This document shows positions 19,500 to 31,272 of a stretch of DNA of 64,000 bases, in pieces; the first letter of the stretch is position 1, and every line of letters begins with the position of its first letter. The notes beneath the pieces are model-generated. The model saw only the letters and a program-made list of their open reading frames with translations, was not told the origin of the DNA and made no database searches. The position numbers were made by a program, and so were the translations under genes. The stretch is from an uncultured Gammaproteobacteria bacterium (GTDB lineage: Bacteria; Patescibacteriota; Microgenomatia; CAZETR01; Amesbacteraceae). The stretch covers positions 798,568 through 862,567 of the forward strand of contig CAZFGX010000001.1 in NCBI GenBank assembly GCA_964518565.1, given 5' to 3'.

Positions 19500-22400
19500 A
19501 TGAAATTTTTCCGTACAGTTTTTAGCACCAGCCTCTTACTGGTGATTTTCTCTCTAACCGCCCCAATTCATTCACATGCCGCATATGGCCTCCAAAGTAT
19601 CACCAATCTCGGTGGCACACCAGTCCAAATGGTTTTTGCTCCCGATGGCCGTTTATTTTTCACCGACAAGTGCGTAGGTCTCAAGGTTCGCAGTACCAGT
19701 GGCACTGTCAGCACATTTAGAAATTTTTCCAATCGTTGTGATTCAGAAAAAGGCGTCTTAGGTGTAGAACTCGATCCTGAATTTGGCAAAAGCACGGGCA
19801 ACGACTGGATTTATGTGTATTACTCTGTAGACATCAACAATAACGTAGCTGTTCGTTTTAAAACTGGCTCAGATAGTCTACAAACCTTAATTAGCATTCC
19901 TACTGGTAGTGCCGGCAATCACAACGGTGGTGCTATTCACTTCGGCACAGATGGCAAACTCTATATCTCCTCTGGCGATGGCCATCAATTTTCCCCCGCT
20001 CAAAACACCGGTAGTTTACTCGGAAAAATTATTCGTATAAATAAAGATGGCAGCATTCCTTCAGATAATCCATTTGGTAACGCTGTATGGGCATATGGAT
20101 TTAGAAATCCCTTCACGTTTGCCGTCAATAAATCCAACGGCAAGATATATGTCAACGATGTGGGTGAAGGTGCAGTCGAAGAAATAGATCAGCTCACCAA
20201 AGGTGCCAATTACGGTTGGCCTACCTGTGAAGGCAATTGTAGCAACTCCGGCATGACCAACCCCATAGCTCAGTATTATCATGCTGGCGCTGGCGGTCGT
20301 AGCAGCCCTGATGGTGAATCCATTACTGGTGGAGCTTTTTGGAACGGCAAATACTTCTTTAGCGATTACGCTGGCAATTGGGGTGGCACGTATACCAATG
20401 GCTGGATCGGCGTCCGCAATGAGTCCACTGGCTCGGTTCAAATCCAAATCCTAGGATACAACATGCCCGTAGCCATGGCAGTCAATCCAGTCGACAACCA
20501 GCTCTATGTCGTAGGGTTAGATGGCCAACTCTCCCGCATTACCGACACAGATGCCCCACCTCCAGCTGCCACCAACACACCACCAGTAATGACCAACACT
20601 CCCATTCCTGCTCCCAATCAACCCCCAGCACTCGTCATAAATTCTCCATCATCATCATTTAAGTATGCCGGTGGTGATACAGTGGTTGCTCTCGCCACAG
20701 CGACTGATCCAGAAGATGGCACCTTACCCGGCACCAGTATTCAGTGGAAAGTCGACTTTTACCACTACAATGTTTCACCTACAAATTTCCACGTCCATCC
20801 GTATCTAGACTGGTCACTCATTCCCAAAGGCAACACTGCCACCATTGAAATATCTCGAATCAACGAATACGTTTCCACTGTTTGGTATAGAATCACAGCC
20901 CGAGCCACAGATTCCAAAGGCGCCACCACCGAAAAATATGTCGATATTTATCCAGTCGTCGTTCCATTGACTGTTTCTTCAAATCCACCCGGACTTCAAG
21001 TCACCATCAACGGCCAACAACAACTCACTCCATATAGTACAGATACCGTAGCTGGGATTATTTACAACATCGCCACCCCAAATGCCCAAACCCTCAACAA
21101 CACTGCCTACTCCTTCACGTCTTGGAGCGATAATAGTACATCTCTCTCTCGCACCTACACTATACCCAGGACTCCCGTCCAGCTCGTCGCTCAATATCTA
21201 GCCGCACCTCAAACCACTATTACTCCACTTCCCACAATCACACCACTTCCAACAAACACCCCCATTCCACCAACCAATACCACATATTTAGGTCTAAATA
21301 CGATTGGCGATTTTTTTGATAGATACAACACTGGCTATCAAACCGGCTCTTCAATCATCACGGGCACCGGCAATCCAGTCATAAACAAAGTCAGCGCCTA
21401 TATAGGCGATATTGAGGCAGCACCCAACAACCAATATCAAGTCGCGATTTATTCAGATCAAGATAACAATCCTGGCACCCAAATCGCCAAAAGCACCCCC
21501 AGCACACTCAATGCCAACGCCTGGAACACCATCGATCTCTCAGCCCCTCTCCAACCTCAAACCAAATACTGGCTACTCTACAGCACCAATTCAAATGCTC
21601 CAGACAAAAACAATCTCAAATACAAACTATCCTCATCTGGAGCCGGACTATTTACGCTCCGATCTGCAGCCTTTGGCTCCTGGGGCACAAATCTGGCTAG
21701 TATCAAAACCCCCGCTCAGTACTCTCTCTATGCCTGGATTACCGGATCCACCCCACCCACAAACACCAACACACCTATCCCTACAAATACCAACGCACCC
21801 AACCCTACAACTCCACCAAATCCGACCACTCCTCCGTCTACTTCAAGCACAAATGTCTATACCGACAATCTATCATCCGGCTGGCAAGCATGGACCTGGA
21901 ACGGTACTGCTAACACCAGTTCAGTCAACCAATTTGGCAACAATTCTATTTCCCTGACACCTTACAATACCGATTCTGGTCTCTATCTACGCAAAACATC
22001 TGGTTCACCGATTTCTGGCTCCACATACAAATATCTCGAATTTAGTATGAAATCCGGACCTTCCAATCCACTAAATATCCGCGTTATGGCTTACGGCTCA
22101 AGTACAAATCCTCCATTTAGCAATGGTGTCTGGGTATCTAGCTATGGTGGCAAACCACCCACCGGCAACTATCAAAATTATCGTATCCCCTTAGCCGATC
22201 TTTCAGCTGCTGGCAAAGATATCTACGGCATTGCCTTCCAAGAACTCAACGATCCATCAGCCATCTTCTTTATAGATAATATTCGCTTCACCCAAAGTTC
22301 TACTTCTGGAGTAATTTACGACAATTCCATTGCCAACGATTGGCAGATCTGGAATTGGGGCGGCACCATCAACGGCGCCTCACTAAACCAATTTGGCAAC

Positions 22401-22760
22401 AACTCCATATCTCTCACTCCCTCAGGGGCTGATGCAGGCATCTATCTTCGCAAGGTAGGCAATGGCGGCTTTTCTACTAGTGGCTTCAAATATCTAAAAT
22501 TTATGGCCAAATCCGGCCCACCAGATCCAGTAAACATGCGCATTCTTGTTTACGGCTCAAACGCCAATCCGCCACTCAATGCGGGCAAGCTCTTGACCAA
22601 CTACGGCGGCAATCCTCCCACTGACACATACAAGACATATCTTATCCCCTTGTCTGATCTTGGAGCTGAAAATATCGATCTCTATGGCGTCGGATTCCAA
22701 ATCCAAGACAGTTCTCCATCCATCATATTTGTCGATGAAGTCAGTCTGGTAAACCAATAA
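19500..22760 (+). CDS. secreted PQQ-dependent glucose/sorbosone dehydrogenase family protein with Ig/PKD-like domains and two CBM-like tails
   Basis: FAPDGRLF, NHNGGAIHFGTDGKLY, GSIPSDNPF, WAYGFRNP, GANYGWP; ATDPEDG; two C-terminal repeats. Confidence 0.88.
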   Translation: MKFFRTVFSTSLLLVIFSLTAPIHSHAAYGLQSITNLGGTPVQMVFAPDGRLFFTDKCVGLKVRSTSGTVSTFRNFSNRCDSEKGVLGVELDPEFGKSTGNDWIYVYYSVDINNNVAVRFKTGSDSLQTLISIPTGSAGNHNGGAIHFGTDGKLYISSGDGHQFSPAQNTGSLLGKIIRINKDGSIPSDNPFGNAVWAYGFRNPFTFAVNKSNGKIYVNDVGEGAVEEIDQLTKGANYGWPTCEGNCSNSGMTNPIAQYYHAGAGGRSSPDGESITGGAFWNGKYFFSDYAGNWGGTYTNGWIGVRNESTGSVQIQILGYNMPVAMAVNPVDNQLYVVGLDGQLSRITDTDAPPPAATNTPPVMTNTPIPAPNQPPALVINSPSSSFKYAGGDTVVALATATDPEDGTLPGTSIQWKVDFYHYNVSPTNFHVHPYLDWSLIPKGNTATIEISRINEYVSTVWYRITARATDSKGATTEKYVDIYPVVVPLTVSSNPPGLQVTINGQQQLTPYSTDTVAGIIYNIATPNAQTLNNTAYSFTSWSDNSTSLSRTYTIPRTPVQLVAQYLAAPQTTITPLPTITPLPTNTPIPPTNTTYLGLNTIGDFFDRYNTGYQTGSSIITGTGNPVINKVSAYIGDIEAAPNNQYQVAIYSDQDNNPGTQIAKSTPSTLNANAWNTIDLSAPLQPQTKYWLLYSTNSNAPDKNNLKYKLSSSGAGLFTLRSAAFGSWGTNLASIKTPAQYSLYAWITGSTPPTNTNTPIPTNTNAPNPTTPPNPTTPPSTSSTNVYTDNLSSGWQAWTWNGTANTSSVNQFGNNSISLTPYNTDSGLYLRKTSGSPISGSTYKYLEFSMKSGPSNPLNIRVMAYGSSTNPPFSNGVWVSSYGGKPPTGNYQNYRIPLADLSAAGKDIYGIAFQELNDPSAIFFIDNIRFTQSSTSGVIYDNSIANDWQIWNWGGTINGASLNQFGNNSISLTPSGADAGIYLRKVGNGGFSTSGFKYLKFMAKSGPPDPVNMRILVYGSNANPPLNAGKLLTNYGGNPPTDTYKTYLIPLSDLGAENIDLYGVGFQIQDSSPSIIFVDEVSLVNQ

Positions 22761-22764
22761 TCCA

Positions 22765-23430
22765 ATGCTCAAAAAATCGCTGCTCATCACAACCATTGTT
22801 TCAGCCATAGCTGTCATCGCCATCTTCAATTTCAACGGCAAATTGACCAGCAAACAGGTCACCACGTCCTCAAAATTGGGTCAACTCACTCCGCAAATCA
22901 GCAAACTACAAAAATCATTATCCGAAATGACCAAAAATACTCCCTGGGAAAAAATTCTGTCTATTCAGTTTGATGCCAAATGCAATATTCAAATGGAAAC
23001 CACTTCTGAAAATATTTCCATTACCTCCAGATACAACGAAAACGGCAGTCTCCGTTGCCAAGGCAGTAAAACTGCAGTCTCTCCAAATGGTAAACTCGCA
23101 GCATTTGAAGATCAAGGTGTCACCACCGACCGACGCTTAACAGTCGTAGAAGCCTCCTCAGGAAAATTTATTCTTATCAACCAGCCCAACATCGACCATC
23201 TCAATCAACTCGCATTCGTAGCAGATGATCGTATTGCTGCAGTGGAAGTAACCAAAGATGACACCCAACAAGTAACCATCTATAACCTCGCAGCTAACAA
23301 TACAACTACAGCAAGCTATTATATGTCCACCGAACCTGTTCCTAGCCAAACCACCACCATCTCCTTTTCAAAAGGCAAAATTACCTTTATAAATAATCAA
23401 AACCAAGTCATCAAAACTATTTCTCTATGA
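22765..23430 (+). CDS. hypothetical membrane-anchored protein
   Basis: 221-aa ORF with N-terminal TM, abutting upstream gene. Confidence 0.65.
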   Translation: MLKKSLLITTIVSAIAVIAIFNFNGKLTSKQVTTSSKLGQLTPQISKLQKSLSEMTKNTPWEKILSIQFDAKCNIQMETTSENISITSRYNENGSLRCQGSKTAVSPNGKLAAFEDQGVTTDRRLTVVEASSGKFILINQPNIDHLNQLAFVADDRIAAVEVTKDDTQQVTIYNLAANNTTTASYYMSTEPVPSQTTTISFSKGKITFINNQNQVIKTISL

Positions 23431-23843
23431 CCAAAAAAATTACCCTCGCAGCCATCGGTTTAGCCACTATAGTTCTAGTTATTACAATTGTCGCATTTAC
23501 TCGTAAACAACAAGTTTCCAACTCATCAATGCAAGTCTCCCAGCAGCTAGACCAGCTCGCTACCTGGCGCATTGAAACCCCCTTAGATCCTATCTCAGAC
23601 CCATTTGGCGAATGCAAAACCGGCTCAAATGCGCCGATTAGCAAATATACGCAGCTGAACACCACTGGCTCATCCAGCGACACAAACCAACTATATACCA
23701 CTATTACAAACACTCTTACATCTTCTGGGTGGACAGAAGTTTCCTGCCAAGATACCCAGTCTCATACTTATCAAAAATCCAATCAGTACATAAAGCTGGT
23801 TAAGCCTACACCAAACACTTCTTTGACTCTCTATCTCCAATAA
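23427..23843 (+). CDS. hypothetical membrane-anchored protein
   Basis: 138-aa ORF, ATGA overlap, N-terminal TM. Confidence 0.65.
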   Translation: MTKKITLAAIGLATIVLVITIVAFTRKQQVSNSSMQVSQQLDQLATWRIETPLDPISDPFGECKTGSNAPISKYTQLNTTGSSSDTNQLYTTITNTLTSSGWTEVSCQDTQSHTYQKSNQYIKLVKPTPNTSLTLYLQ

Positions 23844-23881
23844 ACTCTCCAAGTGTTTACCTAAATCCTAAATCACCAATA

Positions 23882-26647
23882 TCAATTTCCAATTGCAGGA
23901 GGAAGCGTAACTCGAGGAGTTCCCCCTCCTCCGACATTATCAGCCCGATTATTTGTCACAATATAAAGGTTTTCAAAAATATCTTTTATATCCAGACCCC
24001 AAGGGGTTGTAATAAGTGCCACCTGTCGCTGTTCGATCCCAAAACCATACAAACTTTGGAACTCATTAGCCACCCGACCATCAGGCCCCTGCTCTGTCAC
24101 AATTGCATACGCATCAATATACTTATCATCTACAACGTAAGCCCCATAATCAATAAACGCTCGAGCTAAAATCTTTCCCGGTATTGTTCGTAAACCATTG
24201 ACATTGAAATCTGGTTTTAATGCCAGCAAGGCACCAGGTGTAAAATTGGGATTAGAACCACGATACGCATCCGTCCCACCACCTCCACAATATCCATCAA
24301 CTCTGTTAGCCGGCCAACGCGCCTGACAACCACTCCAATAATATTGAGATGCCAATAAATTAACTTTCATAACATGGCTTATCTTTCCAGAACTAAACTC
24401 TCCTAAACGAATAGTTCCACCCAAAGCAGATAATCCAGATCCACCGTGCGAACCGTACAATCCAGCTTGATAAATGTTTTGGTCACCAAAGGCCAACAGT
24501 GTCGTTGCCACACCACCAGCCACACATCGAGTAAATGGTTGATTTTGTTTGACCGTCTGCCCATCAGGCATCAAAAATGATGCCGAATGATTTTGAGTCG
24601 TATTGCCTACCCAATAACTAGCCGGGACCGGCACAGATTGCACAGTTCCTCCTTGTGCAGGGCATCGATCGCCACCTTCAGTCCAACCTGATCCATTGTA
24701 TTTGACATCTATCATCGGCGCAGTTGGTTTCATCACGACAATATCTTCATCAATAGCAAATAATGTACCGGCACCTCGAACAATGTTGGCATCTTGATAA
24801 GAAGCGCCACTTCCAATAGATGTATTCCATGGTGAGTTTGAAGCAAATGGCCATTTAAACTTATCTCTTGTTCCATTTGACAACAAACCAAATGTACCAG
24901 ACATCACTGGTGGGTTGGTAGGTTGAACTGTGGGTATCGATGTAGTCGCAGGTGGAGTAGTAGGTGCTGGATTACCAGAAGCACAATTTCCTTGACCCAA
25001 ATTGTTCACACAAATAGGCAATTTCATTTCAGCGGCATTTTGCATACCGAAATGTCCAGTCAATCCTCCTTTATCAATCGCATGTGAATGAAATGAAATA
25101 ATATGCCAACCGTCGTTTAACTTCCGCGTATCAACTACATAGTCATAGTATCCTCGATCTCCAAAGGGCTGTGGCAAGGGGCTAGCATCTGGAGAAGAGA
25201 CGGTCTGAGCATACCAATAATCCTTGTACCCTTGCTCAATCTTAATTCCTCGATGATGCACAGACCCCGTTCCCTTACTTTTTTGTACTTTTGTTCTTAG
25301 TGTTATATTGCCGCTCACTGTTTTACCCATCAGTTCTAATGGATTTTCCAGCACATTAAATACATATTCAATATCCGTATACCACCCATGGGAATCCATA
25401 TAATCTCGAATTGGCGTAATAGTATTATGATTTGCACTATCATTTTCTCCCCAAGGACCAGTTTTAGCGCCAAACCATATTGCATGATTAATATTTGCTT
25501 GCACAATTTCCCCTGGTATCCTACCAGTAGCCACATCACGCACAGTTTCTTCAGTATGACATTCAGTTCGTTTTTCTTGCGAACCACCACCCTCACCTTG
25601 TACTTGATAAGTCACAAATGTATTTGGAGTCACTCTTCGACGATCTTGATGCGAATTAGCGGATATATTATTAGGCCACATATGCAATGTCATTTCGGGA
25701 TTTTTATTCAACGTATTTTTACTTGTCCCTAGCCCGTTCACCCCTGGCATCACACAAGCAATATCAGCCTGAACATTGGCATTAGAACCATATACTCGAC
25801 CTATTTCAATATTTCTATTAACGATCCAAATTTGGTTCTCGTGGGCATTGGCTACCAGTCCCCACCAGGCTCCACCTGCAGCAATATTTCTCCTACCAGC
25901 CTTTACCTGATCCAAAATAAATTTATTTATTACATCATCAGTATCACTTTTATCCACCTCAACTCCTAGACTTCCTGGTGTCCCTGTAGGAGCCAGTGTA
26001 TGAGTCATGCCTGGCATAGTCGGAGCCGTAGTGTTAGTCGGCCCAGCAGTCGGCAATTGGTTATTTGACGAGCCAGAAGTCGGTGAAGGTACAATCGTAT
26101 TAATAATCGGCTGCAAAACCTTTACATCATCAATCCACACCTTTCCCATGGTATTACCTAAATTCAACGCCAAATTTCCTGCAGCGATCGCTTGAGTCGG
26201 TTTAAACTTCACACTACTTCTACTCCAAGTCGGTGTACTCGTAAAACTCCACGAATTCATGGCATTCACGCCATCTAAAATCCGAGCCGAGCCTTCCAAA
26301 GGCTTTTCCGACCGAATCGCAAAATCTATCGTGTACTCGACTCCAGGCAAAAAATTTATCCCGTCACTCAAGACCACAATATCTTTTGCCAAGAGTCTAG
26401 GACTAGTAATCATCAATTCTGCTACGCCCGCACCCTGTAATGGCTGATTCGACGTAGCGTTAAAAGTCACCGACACATCTGTTGCTTTTTGCAATGTCCA
26501 ATTTGCTAGACCTAATTCGAAAGACGGATTCAAAGCAATATTGGTTTCCCCTGCCGCACCAGAACGCCAACTTCGAAAATAGCGAAAGCCAACCAATGCC
26601 AATACAAGACTCGCCAATGTTAACACCGTCAATAAAAATAATTTCAC
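23882..26647 (-). CDS. large membrane-anchored modular protein with N-terminal CBM4/9-like domain
   Basis: TM, NPSFE..W..VWIDDVKV CBM-like motif, PT linkers, C-terminal PFASNSPWNTSIG domain. Confidence 0.7.
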   Translation of the reverse strand: MKLFLLTVLTLASLVLALVGFRYFRSWRSGAAGETNIALNPSFELGLANWTLQKATDVSVTFNATSNQPLQGAGVAELMITSPRLLAKDIVVLSDGINFLPGVEYTIDFAIRSEKPLEGSARILDGVNAMNSWSFTSTPTWSRSSVKFKPTQAIAAGNLALNLGNTMGKVWIDDVKVLQPIINTIVPSPTSGSSNNQLPTAGPTNTTAPTMPGMTHTLAPTGTPGSLGVEVDKSDTDDVINKFILDQVKAGRRNIAAGGAWWGLVANAHENQIWIVNRNIEIGRVYGSNANVQADIACVMPGVNGLGTSKNTLNKNPEMTLHMWPNNISANSHQDRRRVTPNTFVTYQVQGEGGGSQEKRTECHTEETVRDVATGRIPGEIVQANINHAIWFGAKTGPWGENDSANHNTITPIRDYMDSHGWYTDIEYVFNVLENPLELMGKTVSGNITLRTKVQKSKGTGSVHHRGIKIEQGYKDYWYAQTVSSPDASPLPQPFGDRGYYDYVVDTRKLNDGWHIISFHSHAIDKGGLTGHFGMQNAAEMKLPICVNNLGQGNCASGNPAPTTPPATTSIPTVQPTNPPVMSGTFGLLSNGTRDKFKWPFASNSPWNTSIGSGASYQDANIVRGAGTLFAIDEDIVVMKPTAPMIDVKYNGSGWTEGGDRCPAQGGTVQSVPVPASYWVGNTTQNHSASFLMPDGQTVKQNQPFTRCVAGGVATTLLAFGDQNIYQAGLYGSHGGSGLSALGGTIRLGEFSSGKISHVMKVNLLASQYYWSGCQARWPANRVDGYCGGGGTDAYRGSNPNFTPGALLALKPDFNVNGLRTIPGKILARAFIDYGAYVVDDKYIDAYAIVTEQGPDGRVANEFQSLYGFGIEQRQVALITTPWGLDIKDIFENLYIVTNNRADNVGGGGTPRVTLPPAIGN

Positions 26648-26670
26648 ACCTCAAGCGTACCGAATTTTAC

Positions 26671-26898
26671 TCAAACTTTCAACTCGCGAATTTTCTTTTT
26701 CAACTCAAAAATCTCTTGCTCAAGCCCTTCATAAATATTTTTGTACACCATAAACTCTGTATATCGCAGCTCCGACAACGAATCTTCATGGCGCACACCA
26801 CGAAAATTTCGCTTTCGTTCCAAATATTTTGGCTTAATTTCAGCTAATTTTTTCTCCAAAAATGCCAAACGTTGTCCTAAACGTGCAGAATCTTCCAT
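26671..26898 (-). CDS. small coiled-coil hypothetical protein
   Basis: 75-aa helical ORF (MEDSARL..); start reassigned because the longer ORF overlaps the 16S stem. Confidence 0.6.
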   Translation of the reverse strand: MEDSARLGQRLAFLEKKLAEIKPKYLERKRNFRGVRHEDSLSELRYTEFMVYKNIYEGLEQEIFELKKKIRELKV

Positions 26899-26934
26899 AC
26901 AAATGTAATGAGTAATAACCAAAACTTCTAAAAC

Positions 26935-26953
26935 TTTAAGAAGTGGTAGATAA
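26935..26953. repeat. 3' arm of the 16S processing stem (perfect 19-bp inverted repeat with 28547-28565)
   Basis: TTTAAGAAGTGGTAGATAA / TTATCTACCACTTCTTAAA. Confidence 0.85.
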
Positions 26954-27059
26954 AAAAGTAACAACATCTCACTTTGACGTGTGTGAGTTGTCTTACCGGT
27001 GTGTTGTTTTTATTTATAACGAAATAACAACCAAAATTTCGGGGGTTTGATTATCTCCT

Positions 27060-28546
<1,487 letters not shown>

Positions 28547-28606
28547 TTATCTACCACTTCTTAAAATATAAGAAGGGTTCCTTACTCATAAAAATAAATG
28601 CTGCGA

Positions 28607-28618
28607 ATTTCAAAGAAC
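28607..28618 (-). promoter_or_regulatory. boxA site upstream of 16S
   Basis: GTTCTTTGAAAT. Confidence 0.7.
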
Positions 28619-28645
28619 CAGATTCCAAAAGCTCACCGATTTTAC

Positions 28646-29167
28646 CTAAATTCTGACCCGTTGTAAAGCGACAGCTGCAGATACATGAACATTTAGTGAA
28701 GTATTAATTCCCCACATTGGTATCTCCACGATCAAATCAGCCACATCCAAAGCAGATTGGGACACTCCATCAGTCTCATGCCCCACGATCAGAGCTACCG
28801 GCATAGGCATGTCCGCAGTATCCAATGACACCGACCGTTCATTTTGCTCTACAGCCACAATCAATATTCCCTCCACCTCTTTACGTAAAGTTTCAATAGC
28901 TTCAAGGGCAGTGGGAAAATATCTCCACTTTACCCATTCCTCTGTTCCCACCGCTGCTTTATGGATCCGTGAGCCAGGCGGCGTCTCACTTCCACCACAT
29001 AAAACCAGCTCCATCGCCCCTACTGCATCAGCCAAACGAAACAACGAACCAATATTGTAGGTATCCAAAACATTATCCAAAATAAGCCAAATAGGTCGTC
29101 GTACCAATGCAGCGAGTTCAGCCTCAGAAGGTGGAGTCACCCGTAATTGTTTCGCATTCAATTTCAC
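28646..29167 (-). CDS. SpoU/TrmH family RNA methyltransferase
   Basis: LDNVLDTYNIGSLFR, GHETDGV, IPMWGINTSLNV. Confidence 0.9.
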   Translation of the reverse strand: MKLNAKQLRVTPPSEAELAALVRRPIWLILDNVLDTYNIGSLFRLADAVGAMELVLCGGSETPPGSRIHKAAVGTEEWVKWRYFPTALEAIETLRKEVEGILIVAVEQNERSVSLDTADMPMPVALIVGHETDGVSQSALDVADLIVEIPMWGINTSLNVHVSAAVALQRVRI

Positions 29168-30024
29168 AATGCAGCCTCAGCAACTGATTTCATATCATTC
29201 CAGCTATATGCACCTGGAAAATTTTGTTCATTCACAAAAAATCCTGGCGTCCCAGACACACCCAAAGATCGTGCCAAAGATTGCTCAGTCGTCAACCGGG
29301 AAGCATATTTCCCACTATCCATACACTCCTTGAGTGCTTTCTGATCGACCACAGTCCCCAAAAAGGACACCATTGTTCCATTTTTAGATTTATCATTTTT
29401 TACCGTTGTGTTTATCATGTCATACCCTTCAGCACTCATTAATTTGTCATGAGCTGGCCAAAACTTTCCCTGATCATGAGCACAATACAAGGCGTTTGTA
29501 GCCACTTCACCATTACCATGACCATTACTATATATCCAGGCAAACGCTGCTTTCCCGGAATCAGCTAGTTTTTTCATTTCCTGAACCGGTGAAACATAAG
29601 TTCCCCCATCCGAAGTCAATATAAATTGTGTGCCCATCTGTTTTGACAATGTACCATTATGTCCGGCAGCTGCATGGCAATATGGACAAGAAGGATCAGC
29701 TACTTCCACCAACAACAATTTTGCATCCGGACTACCAAACTTAATCACATTTTCAGAAAAAATCTTTTTAATTTGGTCTTTAGTTACCTGCACTTGCTGT
29801 GGCTGTTGTTGTTGCTGAGCTGCTTGCGGCGGATTCGCAGCCAACTGCTCCAAATATTTTACTTTCGTCCAATAAGATCCCACCACAAACGATAAAGCCA
29901 TAGTCGACAGCCACATCAACGGTGCAAGCCTCTCCAATACAGATCGCCGAGTTTTCGGCGCTTCAACTACAACAGGCATATCCATTACTGGCTCATCGAT
30001 TATTTTTTTTCTTGCCACTGCCAT
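29164..30024 (-). CDS. membrane-anchored DsbA-family oxidoreductase
   Basis: TM, DPSCPYC, GVSGTPGFFVN cis-Pro loop. Confidence 0.88.
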   Translation of the reverse strand: MAVARKKIIDEPVMDMPVVVEAPKTRRSVLERLAPLMWLSTMALSFVVGSYWTKVKYLEQLAANPPQAAQQQQQPQQVQVTKDQIKKIFSENVIKFGSPDAKLLLVEVADPSCPYCHAAAGHNGTLSKQMGTQFILTSDGGTYVSPVQEMKKLADSGKAAFAWIYSNGHGNGEVATNALYCAHDQGKFWPAHDKLMSAEGYDMINTTVKNDKSKNGTMVSFLGTVVDQKALKECMDSGKYASRLTTEQSLARSLGVSGTPGFFVNEQNFPGAYSWNDMKSVAEAAL

Positions 30025-30045
30025 GCGCCTATTTATAACAAAAAA

Positions 30046-30924
30046 TTATGACTTCGCCAACCAGCGCTCTACATCAATAGCTGCTTCACACCCGTACCCA
30101 GCCGCAGTAATTGCCTGTCGATAATGATGGTCATGCACATCCCCAGCTACAAATACTCCCTCAACAGTGGTTTTGCTCGCTTCAGCTCGTTTTATATATC
30201 CCCGCTCATCAATCGCCAACTGACTAGCAAAAACTTTTGTCATAGGACTATGACCGATAGCCACAAATACGCCATCAATATCCATTATCTCTCCTCCCAC
30301 AAATCGTACCCCTACTACTTTCTCGTCGCCTAATATTTCTTCAATCTGTGTCTCAAATTTCACCGCAATCTTAGGATTTGCAAACAAACGATCTTGCATA
30401 ATTTTACTTGCCCGAAATTCATTCCGTCGATGAACCACAGTAACAGCGCTAGCAAATTTGGCCAAAAACAAAGCTTCCTCCATCGCACTGTCTCCACCAC
30501 CAACAACGATCACCTGCTTGTTTCGGAAAAAAGCCGCATCACACGTAGCACACCCTGACACTCCTCGACCAATCAATTTCTGCTCACTTGGCAATCCTAA
30601 CCAATTAAATTCAGCCCCAGTCGCCAAAATAATAGCCCTTGCCGAAACGCCATTTACCGTCTTTTTGGCCAGATCAATATCTACCGCATTCTCTTCGCGA
30701 ATCTCTACTCCAAATTTTTCAGCTTGTTTACGCATATTGATCATTAAATCTGGCCCCATAATTCCATCTACAAACCCTGGAAAATTTTCCACTTCGGTCG
30801 TTAACATCAATTGTCCACCCCACTTCTCCCCTGCAAACAACACGGTCTTCAAATTCGCTCGAGATGTATAAATTCCAGCCGTCAATCCTGCAGGTCCAGA
30901 TCCAATAATGATTACATCGTACAT
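30046..30924 (-). CDS. trxB: thioredoxin reductase
   Basis: GSGPAG, CATCD, GGGDSAMEEA, YRQAITAAG. Confidence 0.96.
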   Translation of the reverse strand: MYDVIIIGSGPAGLTAGIYTSRANLKTVLFAGEKWGGQLMLTTEVENFPGFVDGIMGPDLMINMRKQAEKFGVEIREENAVDIDLAKKTVNGVSARAIILATGAEFNWLGLPSEQKLIGRGVSGCATCDAAFFRNKQVIVVGGGDSAMEEALFLAKFASAVTVVHRRNEFRASKIMQDRLFANPKIAVKFETQIEEILGDEKVVGVRFVGGEIMDIDGVFVAIGHSPMTKVFASQLAIDERGYIKRAEASKTTVEGVFVAGDVHDHHYRQAITAAGYGCEAAIDVERWLAKS

Positions 30925-30927
30925 AAA

Positions 30928-31245
30928 CTACAAACCAGCCTTAGACAGAAGTTGCACGTATCCACCTTTGCCAGCAAAACCTACTTGTCGACCCAGCTCT
31001 TTACCATCTTTAAACAAAATCACCGTAGGAATACTTTGTACACCAAATTGCCCAGCCAAAGCCCCTTCTTCATCTACGTTCACCTTACCTACAATCAATT
31101 TTCCAGCATATTCTTCTGCCAATCCATCGATTATTGGTCCAGCCATTTTGCACGGCCCGCACCACTCTGCCCAAAAATCGACCAAGGCCACACCAGTACC
31201 GGTTTTTGCAGAAAAATCAGCTGTAGTCAACGAAAGCGCTGCCAT
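30928..31245 (-). CDS. trxA: thioredoxin
   Basis: DFWAEWCGPCK, VQSIPT. Confidence 0.97.
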   Translation of the reverse strand: MAALSLTTADFSAKTGTGVALVDFWAEWCGPCKMAGPIIDGLAEEYAGKLIVGKVNVDEEGALAGQFGVQSIPTVILFKDGKELGRQVGFAGKGGYVQLLSKAGL

Positions 31246-31272
31246 ATAATCAATCCTTTTATAATCGCTTTT

